Source of the DNA: a virus
Reading direction: 5' to 3' (one strand)
Length of the DNA stretch: 64,000 nt
Virus record (IMG/VR): IMGVR_UViG_3300049489_000321
Location: 64,001 to 128,000 of that record
The first letter of the stretch is position 1. Each line of letters begins with the position of its first letter. A program made the translations under genes and the position numbers. Shown here in pieces: positions 1 to 9,840 of the stretch. Below the pieces are notes generated by a model. It was not told the DNA's origin. It worked only from the letters and a program-made list of their open reading frames with translations, and did not search any database.

Positions 1-2
1 AG

Positions 3-734
3 CGCGTATCGCTCCCAGCTCCTGAAAATGGTCGCGTTGGTATGAACGTTAGCTCGGTGATGACGCAGGCCGGCGTGATGGAACTCAACCCATCCGTCTT
101 CCTACGTGAACTACCCTCACCTCCTTCGGCGGCTACTAGTTCTAATGCCCCAGCGCAGCCAGCGTCAATTGCTGGTGTTGCGGCGGCTACTGGTACGGGT
201 AACTTCACTAAGGGTGCCCCATCCGGTACTGTTTACTACGGCTATGCGGTTACTTCATGTAACCGTTTCGGTGAATCTGCGCCTCGCTTCATTGCAGCTA
301 ACAACGTCGAAATGACGCAAGCTAACGCGGAGGCTCTAGAGTCTATTGCTCTTACGATCACCAACGCGGCTTCAGTTGGAACTTTCCCACCTGAGTACTT
401 CCGTATATACCGTACTAACGCTCTGCCGACCGACACACTAACCTCAGACGTTGCCGACTATAGTCTTGTGATGCAGGTTCCTGCTGATTCACAGGCTAAC
501 AGCGGCGTCACTGCGGCTTCTGACGTTAACTTCCTACTACCATTTACCAGCATTGCGTACATGGGTGAAATGACTGAACAGGTTCTAACCTTCCGTCAGT
601 TACTACCCCTAATGCGTATGGATCTAGCGGTTACTTCACCAAGCTACCGTTGGATGATTCTAATGTACGGAACTCCAATTCTGTTCGCGAATCGCAAGTG
701 GCTACGTATTATCAACGTAGGTCGCCTAGAATAG
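3..734 (+). CDS. Major capsid protein, C-terminal part (5' end outside window), SPO1/phage K type
   Basis: Frame open from base 3. C-terminus FRQLLPLMRMDLA...MILMYGTPILFANRKWLRIINV resembles the Herelleviridae capsid C-terminus (LLPMMKLPLA..LWYGALALRAPKKW.RIKNV). Followed by a strong terminator. Confidence 0.85.
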   Translation, partial: RVSLPAPENGRVGMNVSSVMTQAGVMELNPSVFLRELPSPPSAATSSNAPAQPASIAGVAAATGTGNFTKGAPSGTVYYGYAVTSCNRFGESAPRFIAANNVEMTQANAEALESIALTITNAASVGTFPPEYFRIYRTNALPTDTLTSDVADYSLVMQVPADSQANSGVTAASDVNFLLPFTSIAYMGEMTEQVLTFRQLLPLMRMDLAVTSPSYRWMILMYGTPILFANRKWLRIINVGRLE

Positions 735-760
735 TCTAAAAGACTAGCTTAGACTAAATA

Positions 761-797
761 GCCTCCTAGAGCGGCCAACTGCTCTAGGGGGTTTTTA
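761..797 (+). terminator. Rho-independent terminator after capsid gene
   Basis: Stem CCTCCTAGAGCGG / CTGCTCTAGGGGG followed by TTTTT. Confidence 0.85.
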
Positions 798-813
798 GTA
801 TGTTTTTAACGGT

Positions 814-841
814 TTGTATAAACAAACATCCGTGATATAAT
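814..841 (+). promoter_or_regulatory. Putative sigma70-like promoter
   Basis: TTGTAT-16 nt-TATAAT downstream of the terminator. Confidence 0.5.
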
Positions 842-908
842 GCTAGATACTGTGTAGGTATTTGCTTAATAGGCATTGTCTACTGGTGTGGTTGTTTAGG
901 AGTTAAGA

Positions 909-1466
909 TTGTCAATTGGAAAGACTGCTCAAGAGGTTTTACGTATTTTAGCAAATAATGCTATGAAAGAACCTTCTGGCAAGAAACTGAAAACTAGGAG
1001 ACCCAAAATGTTAAAAGCTTTTTCACGAAGACTAGCAAATAAAACTGTTGTTATTAAGAATACAGTGTTTGCATTTGATAAAAACGGAAATACTGTAGTT
1101 AAAGACACGGGAAATAGTGAAGAAGATTTTAAAACCCTCATTCGCGTATACAACGCAGTAGACGTAAGTGAAAGAAATTACAAAGAAGCTAAAGAAGTTG
1201 AAAAGACCGCCGAAAAACCAAAGATACTTGAAGCAGTGTCGATTCAACCACCAGAACCTGTTGCGGTGATCACAGTAGAGGAGTCCGTAGTTGAGCAAGA
1301 AACCTCCGATTCCAACAAACAAGAGGACACCTATACCGTTGAACAAGCGACAGGGACTGAAGTCGAGCCAAAGGAATTTGTCGAAACCGAATCAACCGCA
1401 GGAGACACTGTTCCTGCAAAGAAAAAGAGAAGATCTAAGAAAAAGTCTACAGAGACAAAGGAGTAA
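909..1466 (+). CDS. Hypothetical protein following the capsid gene (second in-frame ATG start at 1008)
   Basis: AGGAG before TTG909 and before ATG1008. MLKAFSRRLANKTV..FAFDKNG domain followed by an acidic/basic low-complexity tail. Confidence 0.6.
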   Translation: MSIGKTAQEVLRILANNAMKEPSGKKLKTRRPKMLKAFSRRLANKTVVIKNTVFAFDKNGNTVVKDTGNSEEDFKTLIRVYNAVDVSERNYKEAKEVEKTAEKPKILEAVSIQPPEPVAVITVEESVVEQETSDSNKQEDTYTVEQATGTEVEPKEFVETESTAGDTVPAKKKRRSKKKSTETKE

Positions 1467-1471
1467 AGTAA

Positions 1472-1705
1472 ATGGCTAAAACACGTAAAATTATTGATGA
1501 TTTAGGATCAGAGCAGGTAAAACTACTTCAGGAGCAAGTGAACCGCCTAACGGCTGTTGTTGATGCTCTTTCTGCTGCTGCTGTAACTGCTGCTGGGGAC
1601 GGAGATGCTCTAGCGGTTGCTATTGCTGCACTAGACGTAAGTGACCTAGAAACACTGACTAGCAAACCAACCCTACCTGCTGGTCCTCGTATTCCAACAG
1701 TCTAA
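1472..1705 (+). CDS. Small Ala-rich helical protein, possibly virion-associated
   Basis: Strong RBS AAGGAG; helical/coiled-coil composition; located in head module. Confidence 0.6.
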   Translation: MAKTRKIIDDLGSEQVKLLQEQVNRLTAVVDALSAAAVTAAGDGDALAVAIAALDVSDLETLTSKPTLPAGPRIPTV

Positions 1706-1745
1706 ATCACTCGTACGACAAATGTCGTACATTTAGGATACAACT

Positions 1746-2138
1746 ATGTCTCGCAAAACCACCCGTGTCGTTACTGGCAATAAGGGAAAAATAACGCTTG
1801 TAACCAATGCACAGCCGTCTAGTGCTCCGGTTTTAATAGAAGACGGAGTTCAGCTTTCTGGGTATAATCCTGCTCCTGTTCGTTGGTTGCTTAAAATAAA
1901 AGCCTCGTCAGCCGAAGCACCCGCTACGGTTGAAGGAGCTTACATATACATATGGGACGATGGTGTTTGGCTTAAATTTATTAAATTAAACGATGGGAAT
2001 GACATAGTTGTAGGAGCGCAAGGATACGCGGAAATAATCGAGTATCCTGGCGTAGTCAACGCTGCGTCTTTTGCCTGTGATAACGTAGACAACAATATAG
2101 ACGTTATCATGTGTCCATTGTTGGAAATAGATATTTAA
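1746..2138 (+). CDS. Hypothetical beta-rich virion protein
   Basis: ORF with RBS (AGGA); located in head module. Confidence 0.5.
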   Translation: MSRKTTRVVTGNKGKITLVTNAQPSSAPVLIEDGVQLSGYNPAPVRWLLKIKASSAEAPATVEGAYIYIWDDGVWLKFIKLNDGNDIVVGAQGYAEIIEYPGVVNAASFACDNVDNNIDVIMCPLLEIDI

Positions 2139-2731
2139 TGCAACAAGTCTATCAGAACACACTATCTACGGTTATAGTTTATCTGGTGGATTCATCAAAT
2201 GAACCAGCTACTGGTCTTGCTTTTGGTGATGTATCTGTTGATTTAAAAACAAATTCTTCTTTAGTATTTGTTAGTAAACCACTAGCAATAGATACTTGGA
2301 TAGAAGTTGGATTCGGCGTGTACATGTTGTATTTGAGCGCTGAAGAACTGGAAGAAGTTGGTTCTTTGGTCGTTAAAGCCAGTGCTGTAGGAGTTCAACA
2401 GTTTGTTGAAATAATGCAAGTACTACCTTCTTCTGCCTTACCAGACATCTCTGTAGATACGTGTGCCATAACCGGGTACGTTTATGGAGTAGATGGTAAT
2501 CCCGTAGAAGGAGCATCTGTTACAGCCAGGGTACTGGGATTTCCAGCTACTTTTGACGACGTAGCTACGCTGGCTGACATAACGGTTACGGTTACTACTG
2601 ACGAAAACGGTGGTTTCTCTATATCCCTTGTTAGAAATGCTTTAGTAGATATATCTATTGTAAAAGCAAACTATCGAAGACAGCTTACCGTTCCTGACGC
2701 TTCTTCGGCGGTTCTGTTTGGCATTCCATAA
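2138..2731 (+). CDS. Virion protein with Ig-like / carboxypeptidase-regulatory-like domains
   Basis: TAATG coupling at 2138. Motif ITGYVYGVDGNPVEGASV...TTDENGGFSISL is typical of transthyretin-like beta-sandwich domains. Confidence 0.6.
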   Translation: MQQVYQNTLSTVIVYLVDSSNEPATGLAFGDVSVDLKTNSSLVFVSKPLAIDTWIEVGFGVYMLYLSAEELEEVGSLVVKASAVGVQQFVEIMQVLPSSALPDISVDTCAITGYVYGVDGNPVEGASVTARVLGFPATFDDVATLADITVTVTTDENGGFSISLVRNALVDISIVKANYRRQLTVPDASSAVLFGIP

Positions 2732-4158
2732 TGGCCTCACCTACTGAAATAACTATAGATTCAGACAATGACGAATACTCGCGGTTTGAGTCTGATAGAA
2801 AAATACTAGGTTATACGGTATCGGTAACGGGTACTTCGTTAACCAACGAACTCATTACTATTGAGCTTGTAAAGGCACGCAGGAACAGAGACGTTGTTGT
2901 TGCGTATAATACTCTTTCTTTAACCGAAGATACCGACGGTGTTTACAACGGCTCATTTGATTTAACAAAAGTTGTAGATATTCAAGAAATTTCAAAGGTT
3001 AGACGTGGAGAATATTTTCTTCGCGCTACCTCTGTTTCTGATGAAGACGTGGTTGGTGAAAGTTCTGATTTTAAAATAAGCTTAATTACTGTAAATAGAT
3101 TAAAGAACGACTATTTATTTGGAATTGATCTAAGAGCTGAGATGCTAGGTCCCCTTGAGCAGCCTAAAGTAATTACAGGTGTTACTATATTTGAAGTTTC
3201 AAAGGATCATACACAGGACTGGATTACTCTTGGTTACACGATAGCTAGTGATGGAGGCGGCGGATTCATTCGTACGCTGTCGTGGTGCGGTGGACCTCAA
3301 GTAAAGATTGTTTCTGGAACTCATAACTATGTATTGCGCAAAGGCAATTCTGCTGATTGGATTAGGGTTAAAGTAAGTTCGGTATTAGATCTTCCGTCAA
3401 GTTCGACAGTTGAGGACATTTTAATAACATCAAAAGAATTTGACGATAATAAATTTAGAACCATTATAGATCAATCTATATCCTGGCTTGAGGATATGGA
3501 GTTGTTTATTTTTCTAGAACCTACACTAGTTACGACGCAGCCAGATTTAGGAGTGGTGCCTAATGAAAGTAGCATACCAGTATTTGTTGGTGCTGACTGG
3601 GATGAGGTAGTTAACGCAGTCACCTATAAAGCTCCTTCTTCTGGACATTGGATAAATTTTCAGCTTCCGTATAAACCGTTAATTAGGTTTAATTCTTTAT
3701 ACGGAATTGTGTCGAGCGCTCGCGTATTAGACATGAATCTTGAGTGGGTAAAGACGCACGAACGGTCAGGGTTTGTTGAGCTAATGCCGTTTAACCAATC
3801 AAGCGCTTTTAACTTCTTAGGTCTTTCGTGGGTACAATCTATTAGAGGCGCGATAGATTTACCGAACTTTTGGAATTTTGAGGCGTTATGTGGTTTTCGT
3901 GATTTACCGCCTATTTTATTAGAAATTATTGCAAAAAAAGCTGCTATAGATATTCTAACGTTTGTTGGAACAGCGAAAAGAGCCGGTATCGCCAGCCAGT
4001 CCATCTCTCGTGATGGCGTGTCTGAAAGCGTGTCGTACACAGCGTCAGCAACGTCTACTATCTATTCTGCTACTATAGGTGAGTATAAAAAGTTTATAGA
4101 AGAGAACATAAGACACTTTAAGGGCGCTTTTAGTGGTGTTCGTATGACTGTTGTATAG
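2731..4158 (+). CDS. Head-tail adaptor/neck protein with N-terminal extension
   Basis: C-terminal GIASQSISRDGVSESVSYTASA..YSATI.EY motif resembles SPO1/K-type neck proteins; position between capsid and sheath. Confidence 0.65.
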   Translation: MASPTEITIDSDNDEYSRFESDRKILGYTVSVTGTSLTNELITIELVKARRNRDVVVAYNTLSLTEDTDGVYNGSFDLTKVVDIQEISKVRRGEYFLRATSVSDEDVVGESSDFKISLITVNRLKNDYLFGIDLRAEMLGPLEQPKVITGVTIFEVSKDHTQDWITLGYTIASDGGGGFIRTLSWCGGPQVKIVSGTHNYVLRKGNSADWIRVKVSSVLDLPSSSTVEDILITSKEFDDNKFRTIIDQSISWLEDMELFIFLEPTLVTTQPDLGVVPNESSIPVFVGADWDEVVNAVTYKAPSSGHWINFQLPYKPLIRFNSLYGIVSSARVLDMNLEWVKTHERSGFVELMPFNQSSAFNFLGLSWVQSIRGAIDLPNFWNFEALCGFRDLPPILLEIIAKKAAIDILTFVGTAKRAGIASQSISRDGVSESVSYTASATSTIYSATIGEYKKFIEENIRHFKGAFSGVRMTVV

Positions 4159-4166
4159 GAGTACGT

Positions 4167-4496
4167 ATGTCTAGCAATAACGGGAATGGTATGCATTACG
4201 TTGTTTTCAGCGAAAAAGAAGAAATGACTGCTGAGGACCGCATTGAGAACGCTGTAGAAATTACTAAGAGAGTAAAAAGAGACAAAAATAATGACTGGAA
4301 AGCTTTAGCGGCTATTGTTGGAATATTTTTAACTTTTGGTGGAATAGTTTGGACAGGAGCTACGATGATGGCTAATAAAGCAAACAGCGCAGACGTAGTA
4401 AACCTAGATAGAACACTCTCGGAACTTAAAGTCGTTATTGAAAACATGAATAAGCAAATAGGCGAGATTAAAGACGAGATTAAAGGACGTAAGTAG
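4167..4496 (+). CDS. Single-TM plus coiled-coil membrane protein (holin-like?)
   Basis: Hydrophobic ALAAIVGIFLTFGGIVWTG followed by heptad repeats; RBS AGGAG. Confidence 0.55.
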   Translation: MSSNNGNGMHYVVFSEKEEMTAEDRIENAVEITKRVKRDKNNDWKALAAIVGIFLTFGGIVWTGATMMANKANSADVVNLDRTLSELKVVIENMNKQIGEIKDEIKGRK

Positions 4497-4505
4497 AATA
4501 AAGCT

Positions 4506-5327
4506 ATGCCCGGTTCAAATAAAGGTCTTGGAGTTAAATTTACTCCTGGGTTACAGTCCGGGTTTATTAGTGAACGTGGAACAGAAATGATCCATGAGAT
4601 TTCTATTAAATGTACTTGTCTAGTTGGAGATATTTACGCTAAACAAACAAACGAAGGTAGAGACGGAAGACAAACGCCTTTTTGCGATCGTTGTGGTGGA
4701 TCCGGTTGGCTATATAGATCTCCTGTTTTACTAACCGGATTGGTTACAAACGTACGGTATCAAAAGAATTTAATAGAGTCTGGGTTTTTAACCCCAGGAG
4801 ACTTGACTTTTAGTCCTATGCCAACGGCTACGTCTACTGGCGGCGCATGCGCCGGTACTTCTGGCAGGCGCGTTGGTTCGTTCGATAAGCTAACGGCTAC
4901 CTGGCCAGAGCCTATAGACGATGGACACGTGCTTGTAAGAGGGGCTGGTACCAAGGCTAAGGCTGAGGGTATTACTACTTACTTGGCGGACAACGAAGAT
5001 CGTCTATGGTACGAACCAGCAGGGGCTATATGGTGCGAAGACGAAAACGGCGTTGTGTATACAGAAGACTCAGATTTTGAACTAGGGCCTGGTAAGGTTA
5101 TTAGGTGGACAGGAAATTCTCCTATCATTGGAACAAGATTTACTATAAAATATAATGCCTATTTTGAATGGATAGCGTTTCAACCACCCACAGAGCGGAT
5201 AGATTATCGTGGAGAGAATTTAGGCGAGTTAGTTTATTTACGAAAGAAACACGCTATGATGGTTAACGATAGTCCGTTCGCTACCAGCGAAGACAAAGAG
5301 AGTCTCCAGTCCAGGGTTAGGTGTTAA
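4506..5327 (+). CDS. Head closure/neck protein with CxC...CxxCxGxG motif
   Basis: KCTC...FCDRCGGSGWLY as in SPO1/K-type neck proteins; position. Confidence 0.6.
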   Translation: MPGSNKGLGVKFTPGLQSGFISERGTEMIHEISIKCTCLVGDIYAKQTNEGRDGRQTPFCDRCGGSGWLYRSPVLLTGLVTNVRYQKNLIESGFLTPGDLTFSPMPTATSTGGACAGTSGRRVGSFDKLTATWPEPIDDGHVLVRGAGTKAKAEGITTYLADNEDRLWYEPAGAIWCEDENGVVYTEDSDFELGPGKVIRWTGNSPIIGTRFTIKYNAYFEWIAFQPPTERIDYRGENLGELVYLRKKHAMMVNDSPFATSEDKESLQSRVRC

Positions 5328-5819
5328 ATGAACATAAAAACACCAACTATTTATATAAAAAGTGTAGGTCCTGAGGCTACGTTTGCTCATTTAGGCGAAG
5401 AGTTTGAGCGCGTCATAAATGAAGGTCTAGAGATTCTTGCTGAAGAAATTGAGTGGGAAATAAGAAGAAAAGCTGCTGGCGAGCTTAACGAGTCCAGGCA
5501 AGCGTATTTAGATGGCTTATCTGTGTTGTATACTGGTGGTAAGATTGAGGTTGTGGTTGACGGAGGACTTGCTGTGGCGGTAGAAAGCGGTTCTAAACCA
5601 CACGATATTAGCGCCGGTAGTCGATTTCAAAAGACGGTGTGGTTTAAACCGCCTAATAGGCATTTCCGCAACGTGTCAGGAAAGCCCACAGTCACCGGTA
5701 AAAACTGGATTCACCCTGGTATAAAGGCGCATGATTTCATAGGTAAAGTTGCCGATGACGTTGAAAATAGATTAGCTGGTGATATTTTTGATGAAGTTAT
5801 ACAAAGGATTAAAGTCTAA
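5328..5819 (+). CDS. Neck/tail-completion protein (HK97 gp10-like)
   Basis: VESGSKPHDI...HFRNVS...WIHPG motifs; position. Confidence 0.6.
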   Translation: MNIKTPTIYIKSVGPEATFAHLGEEFERVINEGLEILAEEIEWEIRRKAAGELNESRQAYLDGLSVLYTGGKIEVVVDGGLAVAVESGSKPHDISAGSRFQKTVWFKPPNRHFRNVSGKPTVTGKNWIHPGIKAHDFIGKVADDVENRLAGDIFDEVIQRIKV

Positions 5820-6833
5820 GTGTCTGTAATTCCTGAAATAATATTACAGACTATTATAAATAGAGGCATTAGAATGCTTCGTGAAGACACTAGATTTGTT
5901 GATCAATTGTTCAATAACAACAGTCAAAAAGACAAAGCTAGAATACGTAGTTTTGTAAAGAATAATACATTTGATTTAGCCATTAACTACCCTCGCACAG
6001 AACTGGCGTTACCAGCCATTGTTATTTTGCTTAAAAATGAATCAGAATCACAGGCTTATTTAGGCGATACCATGGGGTATGAACTGCCTGAGGAAATGTC
6101 TTATGACGATGAAATTGAAGATGTTTTGGGTGGAGAAAACACTGTTTCTAGTTCTGTGGGAAACGGTGGTATAGTCTATGGTCCGTTTTATATTTTAAGC
6201 GCTACAAACAACACTATTAAAGTCAGTGATAAGACGTTTGTTGTTGATGATTTCGTAGGAAAAGCGTATACTTTGAGAGTAGTTGGAGGCACAGGATCTG
6301 GCCAAGTAAGAAACATTACCGCTAACAGTAACAACTCAATTATGGTTGCAAGTAATTGGACTGTTAATCCTGATAACACTTCGATACTAGAAATACACAG
6401 ACCAGATCCAGACATTATAGGCGAACCGGACAAGCTGTACCCAAGAAGAAACGCGCCTAAGTTTCTAGAAAGAAAAGGAAGTTTATATACAAACAATTAC
6501 CAGCTTCAAGTTATAGCTGGATCTCAAGAAGATACGATTTATTTGTATACAATAGTAAAATCAATTATGACGCTTTCACGAACATTTTTAGAAAAACAAG
6601 GAATAATCAATCTTAAGATGAGTGGTTCTGACTTTTCGAACCGTCCTGATTATGTTCCTACTGTGGCGTACATGCGCACACTATCTATGCAGTTTGATGC
6701 CCCGTTTGAGGTATACGAACAAGAGTCAGAAGTAGCTACTAATTTCGTTATTTCTCTATACGATGAAGAAGACACTGAGGTGTCTCATATTGAATTAGAT
6801 GTTTCAACAGAACCAACTATTTCAGGACCATAA
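5820..6833 (+). CDS. Tail terminator/completion protein with inserted beta domain
   Basis: NYPR...PAIVILL..ESESQAYLG N-terminal motif and YMRTLSMQF C-terminal motif; position just before sheath. Confidence 0.6.
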   Translation: MSVIPEIILQTIINRGIRMLREDTRFVDQLFNNNSQKDKARIRSFVKNNTFDLAINYPRTELALPAIVILLKNESESQAYLGDTMGYELPEEMSYDDEIEDVLGGENTVSSSVGNGGIVYGPFYILSATNNTIKVSDKTFVVDDFVGKAYTLRVVGGTGSGQVRNITANSNNSIMVASNWTVNPDNTSILEIHRPDPDIIGEPDKLYPRRNAPKFLERKGSLYTNNYQLQVIAGSQEDTIYLYTIVKSIMTLSRTFLEKQGIINLKMSGSDFSNRPDYVPTVAYMRTLSMQFDAPFEVYEQESEVATNFVISLYDEEDTEVSHIELDVSTEPTISGP

Positions 6834-6979
6834 TGTCAGACTATTTAATAACATTTGATAGATACTTTATAATGCTAAACAAACCCGCTCATCATAAGCG
6901 TGGCATGAAAGCTTATTTGAAAAGTATAAAAGGCAAAAGAACTAAAGAAGAATGGGATAACCTTTTTAAAGGATACTAA
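6833..6979 (+). CDS. 48-aa protein preceding sheath (not in ORF track)
   Basis: TAATG-coupled ORF MSDYLITFDRYFIMLNKPAHHKRGMKAYLKSIKGKRTKEEWDNLFKGY fills the gap exactly. Confidence 0.6.
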   Translation: MSDYLITFDRYFIMLNKPAHHKRGMKAYLKSIKGKRTKEEWDNLFKGY

Positions 6980-6990
6980 AGGAGATTTAG

Positions 6991-9354
6991 ATGGCTAGAT
7001 CGTTTACATTTAATGGAAAAACTCGCTTAACACCTGGTGCTATAAGTAGAGTTACAACAAATAGTTTAACTGGAAGCGGCGGTACTAACGGCATAGTTTC
7101 ACTAATAGGTGAGGCGGACGGAGGAACGCCAGGAGAAGTACTTACCTTCGATGATCCAGACGAAGCTATCGAGCATTTCGGTTCAGGACCGCTAGCCGAC
7201 GCTGCTAGAATAGTTTTTGATCCATCTGCTGACCCAAGAGTCCCTGGTGGTGCTTTTAGAATCCTTTGTTATAAAGTAAACGCTGCAACACAAGCCAGCA
7301 CCACTCTTCCTTCTGAACAGGTTCTTCTAGGTACTACTCTTGATGGCGACTGCACTTCTACTGTTCTTAACTGGACAGGAGCACCTGTTTTAGCGGTAGA
7401 TTCCCGCATTGGTTCTTGGGTTATGGTGAATGGCGAAAAGCGCAGGATCGTATCGAACACTGCCGACAGCATTACTGTTTCACAGGCTTTCTCTACCACT
7501 CCTGCGTTAAACGACAACTTCTATGTTTTGTCAAACGCGCTAGAGATTACATCAATTGACTACGGCGCGCACACCAATCTTATCCGTGCCGAAGTAGAGC
7601 CTGGCGACGGAGATAACACCAGTGTAGTTACTATTAGTTACGACGAATCTACTGAACAATCAGGTGATTTAGGCGGTAACGCTGTTCTAGAGGTAATGTA
7701 CCTAGGCGGACCAGTACCTGATCAGGGAGATACTGGCCCTGCCGCGCAGGATGTTGTGGTTACGGCTGCGACTACTTCTACCGTATCCGCGACTTTTGTT
7801 GATGCTCCCGAACCTAACCAATACGATGGTTACGTTATTGAATTTGAAAGCGGACTTCGTAGATTAATTGCTAGCCACAATACCAGCACTTCCGCAGTGT
7901 TTACTCTTGATGGGGACACTCCTTTAACTGCTGGTGAAGCTGTAGCTGTAGTTGGCGAAACCATGACTATCCGCGCTGTAACTGCTGCAACTGCCTCAAT
8001 AGTCGGTAGCGGCGGCGTAGCAACAGGTTTTGAGACTGCAATTACGATGGAACCTGTTTCTGTTGCCGATGATCTTGATTTAGATTTTCTCCCAGATGAA
8101 ACATTAGCCGCCTTTATCACGCGCGTAAATGCTGGCGGAAAGTATCTGCTTGCGGCAGGTGAAGGTATTAATGCTAACACTACTTTAATGAAGGAGATGG
8201 ATTTTGGTACTCGCGCTACTGCTGTAGACGTTAGATTTGATCACACAATTGAATATGACGATAGAGGTACCTTCCGTGCTGATCTACAAGCCGTCGTTGA
8301 CTGGATTAACGATAACTCTTCAATCGTTACTTGCGAACGCCATGCAGTTGAAGGGTCGGAGTTACCCGCGTATACTGGTGGATCCGCGTCTATAGTTGAT
8401 GACGTTGCTACCTATTTAATTGGCGGTACTCGTGGTTCTTCAACCAACTCTGATTGGCAAGATGGTTTTGACGCCCTTCTAGAAGTACGGCACCAGCACT
8501 GCGCGCCTTTAATTAGCTATGATTTAGCTGATGATGGGCTGGGTTCAACTGCTACGTTTGCCTCCGTTGCCGCACAGGCCGCTTCTTTCGCGGATGCTGC
8601 TAATAGCGGTATGAATGCCGGTGCCGGTGAACTAGGTGTTTACCTTGGTATGGATGGTACTAAGACCGAACTTCTTGCTTTAACCAACGTCACTAATAAT
8701 CCGAACGTCCACGTTACAGGACAGAAGATGACTGTACTCGATCCCACAGGAACACTAGCGGAGAAGCCGGAATGGTCTGCGGCTGCTAACGCGGCTGGTA
8801 TGCGCGCCGGTATGCCCGATGTAGGCGAGTCACTTACCTTCAAGAAGGCCAAGTGCGTAGGAATTTCAAATGATCCAAGCTGGAGGACCAAGAGCGACAC
8901 GGATCGTAATGCGTTAGTTGAGGGCGGTGTCATGTTCCTAGAAGCGGCTCCAAATGGTGGTTTCCGCTGGGTTCGTGACTTAACTTCATACATTAGCGAT
9001 GACGACAACAATAACTACATTGATGGCGCTGTTCGTGACGCTACGCGTTACATAACATATGACCTTCGTTCTAGCGTCGAAGAACGCTTCACAGGCGAGG
9101 CGAGAGCGGCTACTGTTTCGTCAATCAGATCGTTCGTTTCAGAGAAATTGGACATATACTATAAGGCTGGAATTTTGGTTGACTCAAACGATCCAGAAGA
9201 TCCAAATAGCACCACAGTTATTCCTGGTTGGAGACGCCTAAAGGTTTCTATCGTCGGAAACACTGCAAATATTAAGGCTGAAGTATTTGTTATCAATTCT
9301 GTTGTATTCGAGGGAATTGATATTTCTGTACAAGTCCCGCAACTTGTTGGATAA
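6991..9354 (+). CDS. Contractile tail sheath protein
   Basis: 787 aa. N-terminal TPGA.SRV...LIGEADGGTPG...FGSGPL and C-terminal AGMRAG..VGESLTFK...DLTSY...SSVEERFTG sheath motifs; RBS AAGGAG. Confidence 0.9.
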   Translation: MARSFTFNGKTRLTPGAISRVTTNSLTGSGGTNGIVSLIGEADGGTPGEVLTFDDPDEAIEHFGSGPLADAARIVFDPSADPRVPGGAFRILCYKVNAATQASTTLPSEQVLLGTTLDGDCTSTVLNWTGAPVLAVDSRIGSWVMVNGEKRRIVSNTADSITVSQAFSTTPALNDNFYVLSNALEITSIDYGAHTNLIRAEVEPGDGDNTSVVTISYDESTEQSGDLGGNAVLEVMYLGGPVPDQGDTGPAAQDVVVTAATTSTVSATFVDAPEPNQYDGYVIEFESGLRRLIASHNTSTSAVFTLDGDTPLTAGEAVAVVGETMTIRAVTAATASIVGSGGVATGFETAITMEPVSVADDLDLDFLPDETLAAFITRVNAGGKYLLAAGEGINANTTLMKEMDFGTRATAVDVRFDHTIEYDDRGTFRADLQAVVDWINDNSSIVTCERHAVEGSELPAYTGGSASIVDDVATYLIGGTRGSSTNSDWQDGFDALLEVRHQHCAPLISYDLADDGLGSTATFASVAAQAASFADAANSGMNAGAGELGVYLGMDGTKTELLALTNVTNNPNVHVTGQKMTVLDPTGTLAEKPEWSAAANAAGMRAGMPDVGESLTFKKAKCVGISNDPSWRTKSDTDRNALVEGGVMFLEAAPNGGFRWVRDLTSYISDDDNNNYIDGAVRDATRYITYDLRSSVEERFTGEARAATVSSIRSFVSEKLDIYYKAGILVDSNDPEDPNSTTVIPGWRRLKVSIVGNTANIKAEVFVINSVVFEGIDISVQVPQLVG

Positions 9355-9378
9355 GCGTATAAACAAGGAGCGTAATCT

Positions 9379-9837
9379 GTGACAAAGTTACTTGATCCAT
9401 ACTTAGGGATGTTACCTCCTGAGGTTAGGAGAGTACTAGAAAACGACATAGGAGTAAGTGACACAGAACTCAAAGCTTCAATCGAAGAACTTGCAACAAT
9501 AGTTGCTGGCCTTGTAGAAGATGACAACAACGAAGACGCAGATCACGCCGCACTTCGGCAGTTGATACATTTTATAGACAACGGACCCGCAGAGGGCTTC
9601 GCTTCTGCGTATAGAGAAAACACAGGTGGAGCATTTCCTAGTTCTGTAATTTGGTGGACATCACCTGCTAAAGTATCAAAAATAGTTGAGAAAAACATAA
9701 CGTATACAGGAGCATTTCCAACGTCTTTTGAATGGAAGATGTACGACACAGACGGATCAACCGTACTTGCCGTCGTAACAGATACTATAACTTATAGTGG
9801 TGCTTTTGAGTCAAGTAGAACTAGAACAATAGGATAA
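9379..9837 (+). CDS. Hypothetical virion accessory protein
   Basis: GTG start with AAGGAG. Repeated TY(T/S)GAF motif. N-terminal helix resembles those of 12458 and 13958. Confidence 0.6.
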   Translation: MTKLLDPYLGMLPPEVRRVLENDIGVSDTELKASIEELATIVAGLVEDDNNEDADHAALRQLIHFIDNGPAEGFASAYRENTGGAFPSSVIWWTSPAKVSKIVEKNITYTGAFPTSFEWKMYDTDGSTVLAVVTDTITYSGAFESSRTRTIG

Positions 9838-9840
9838 ACA

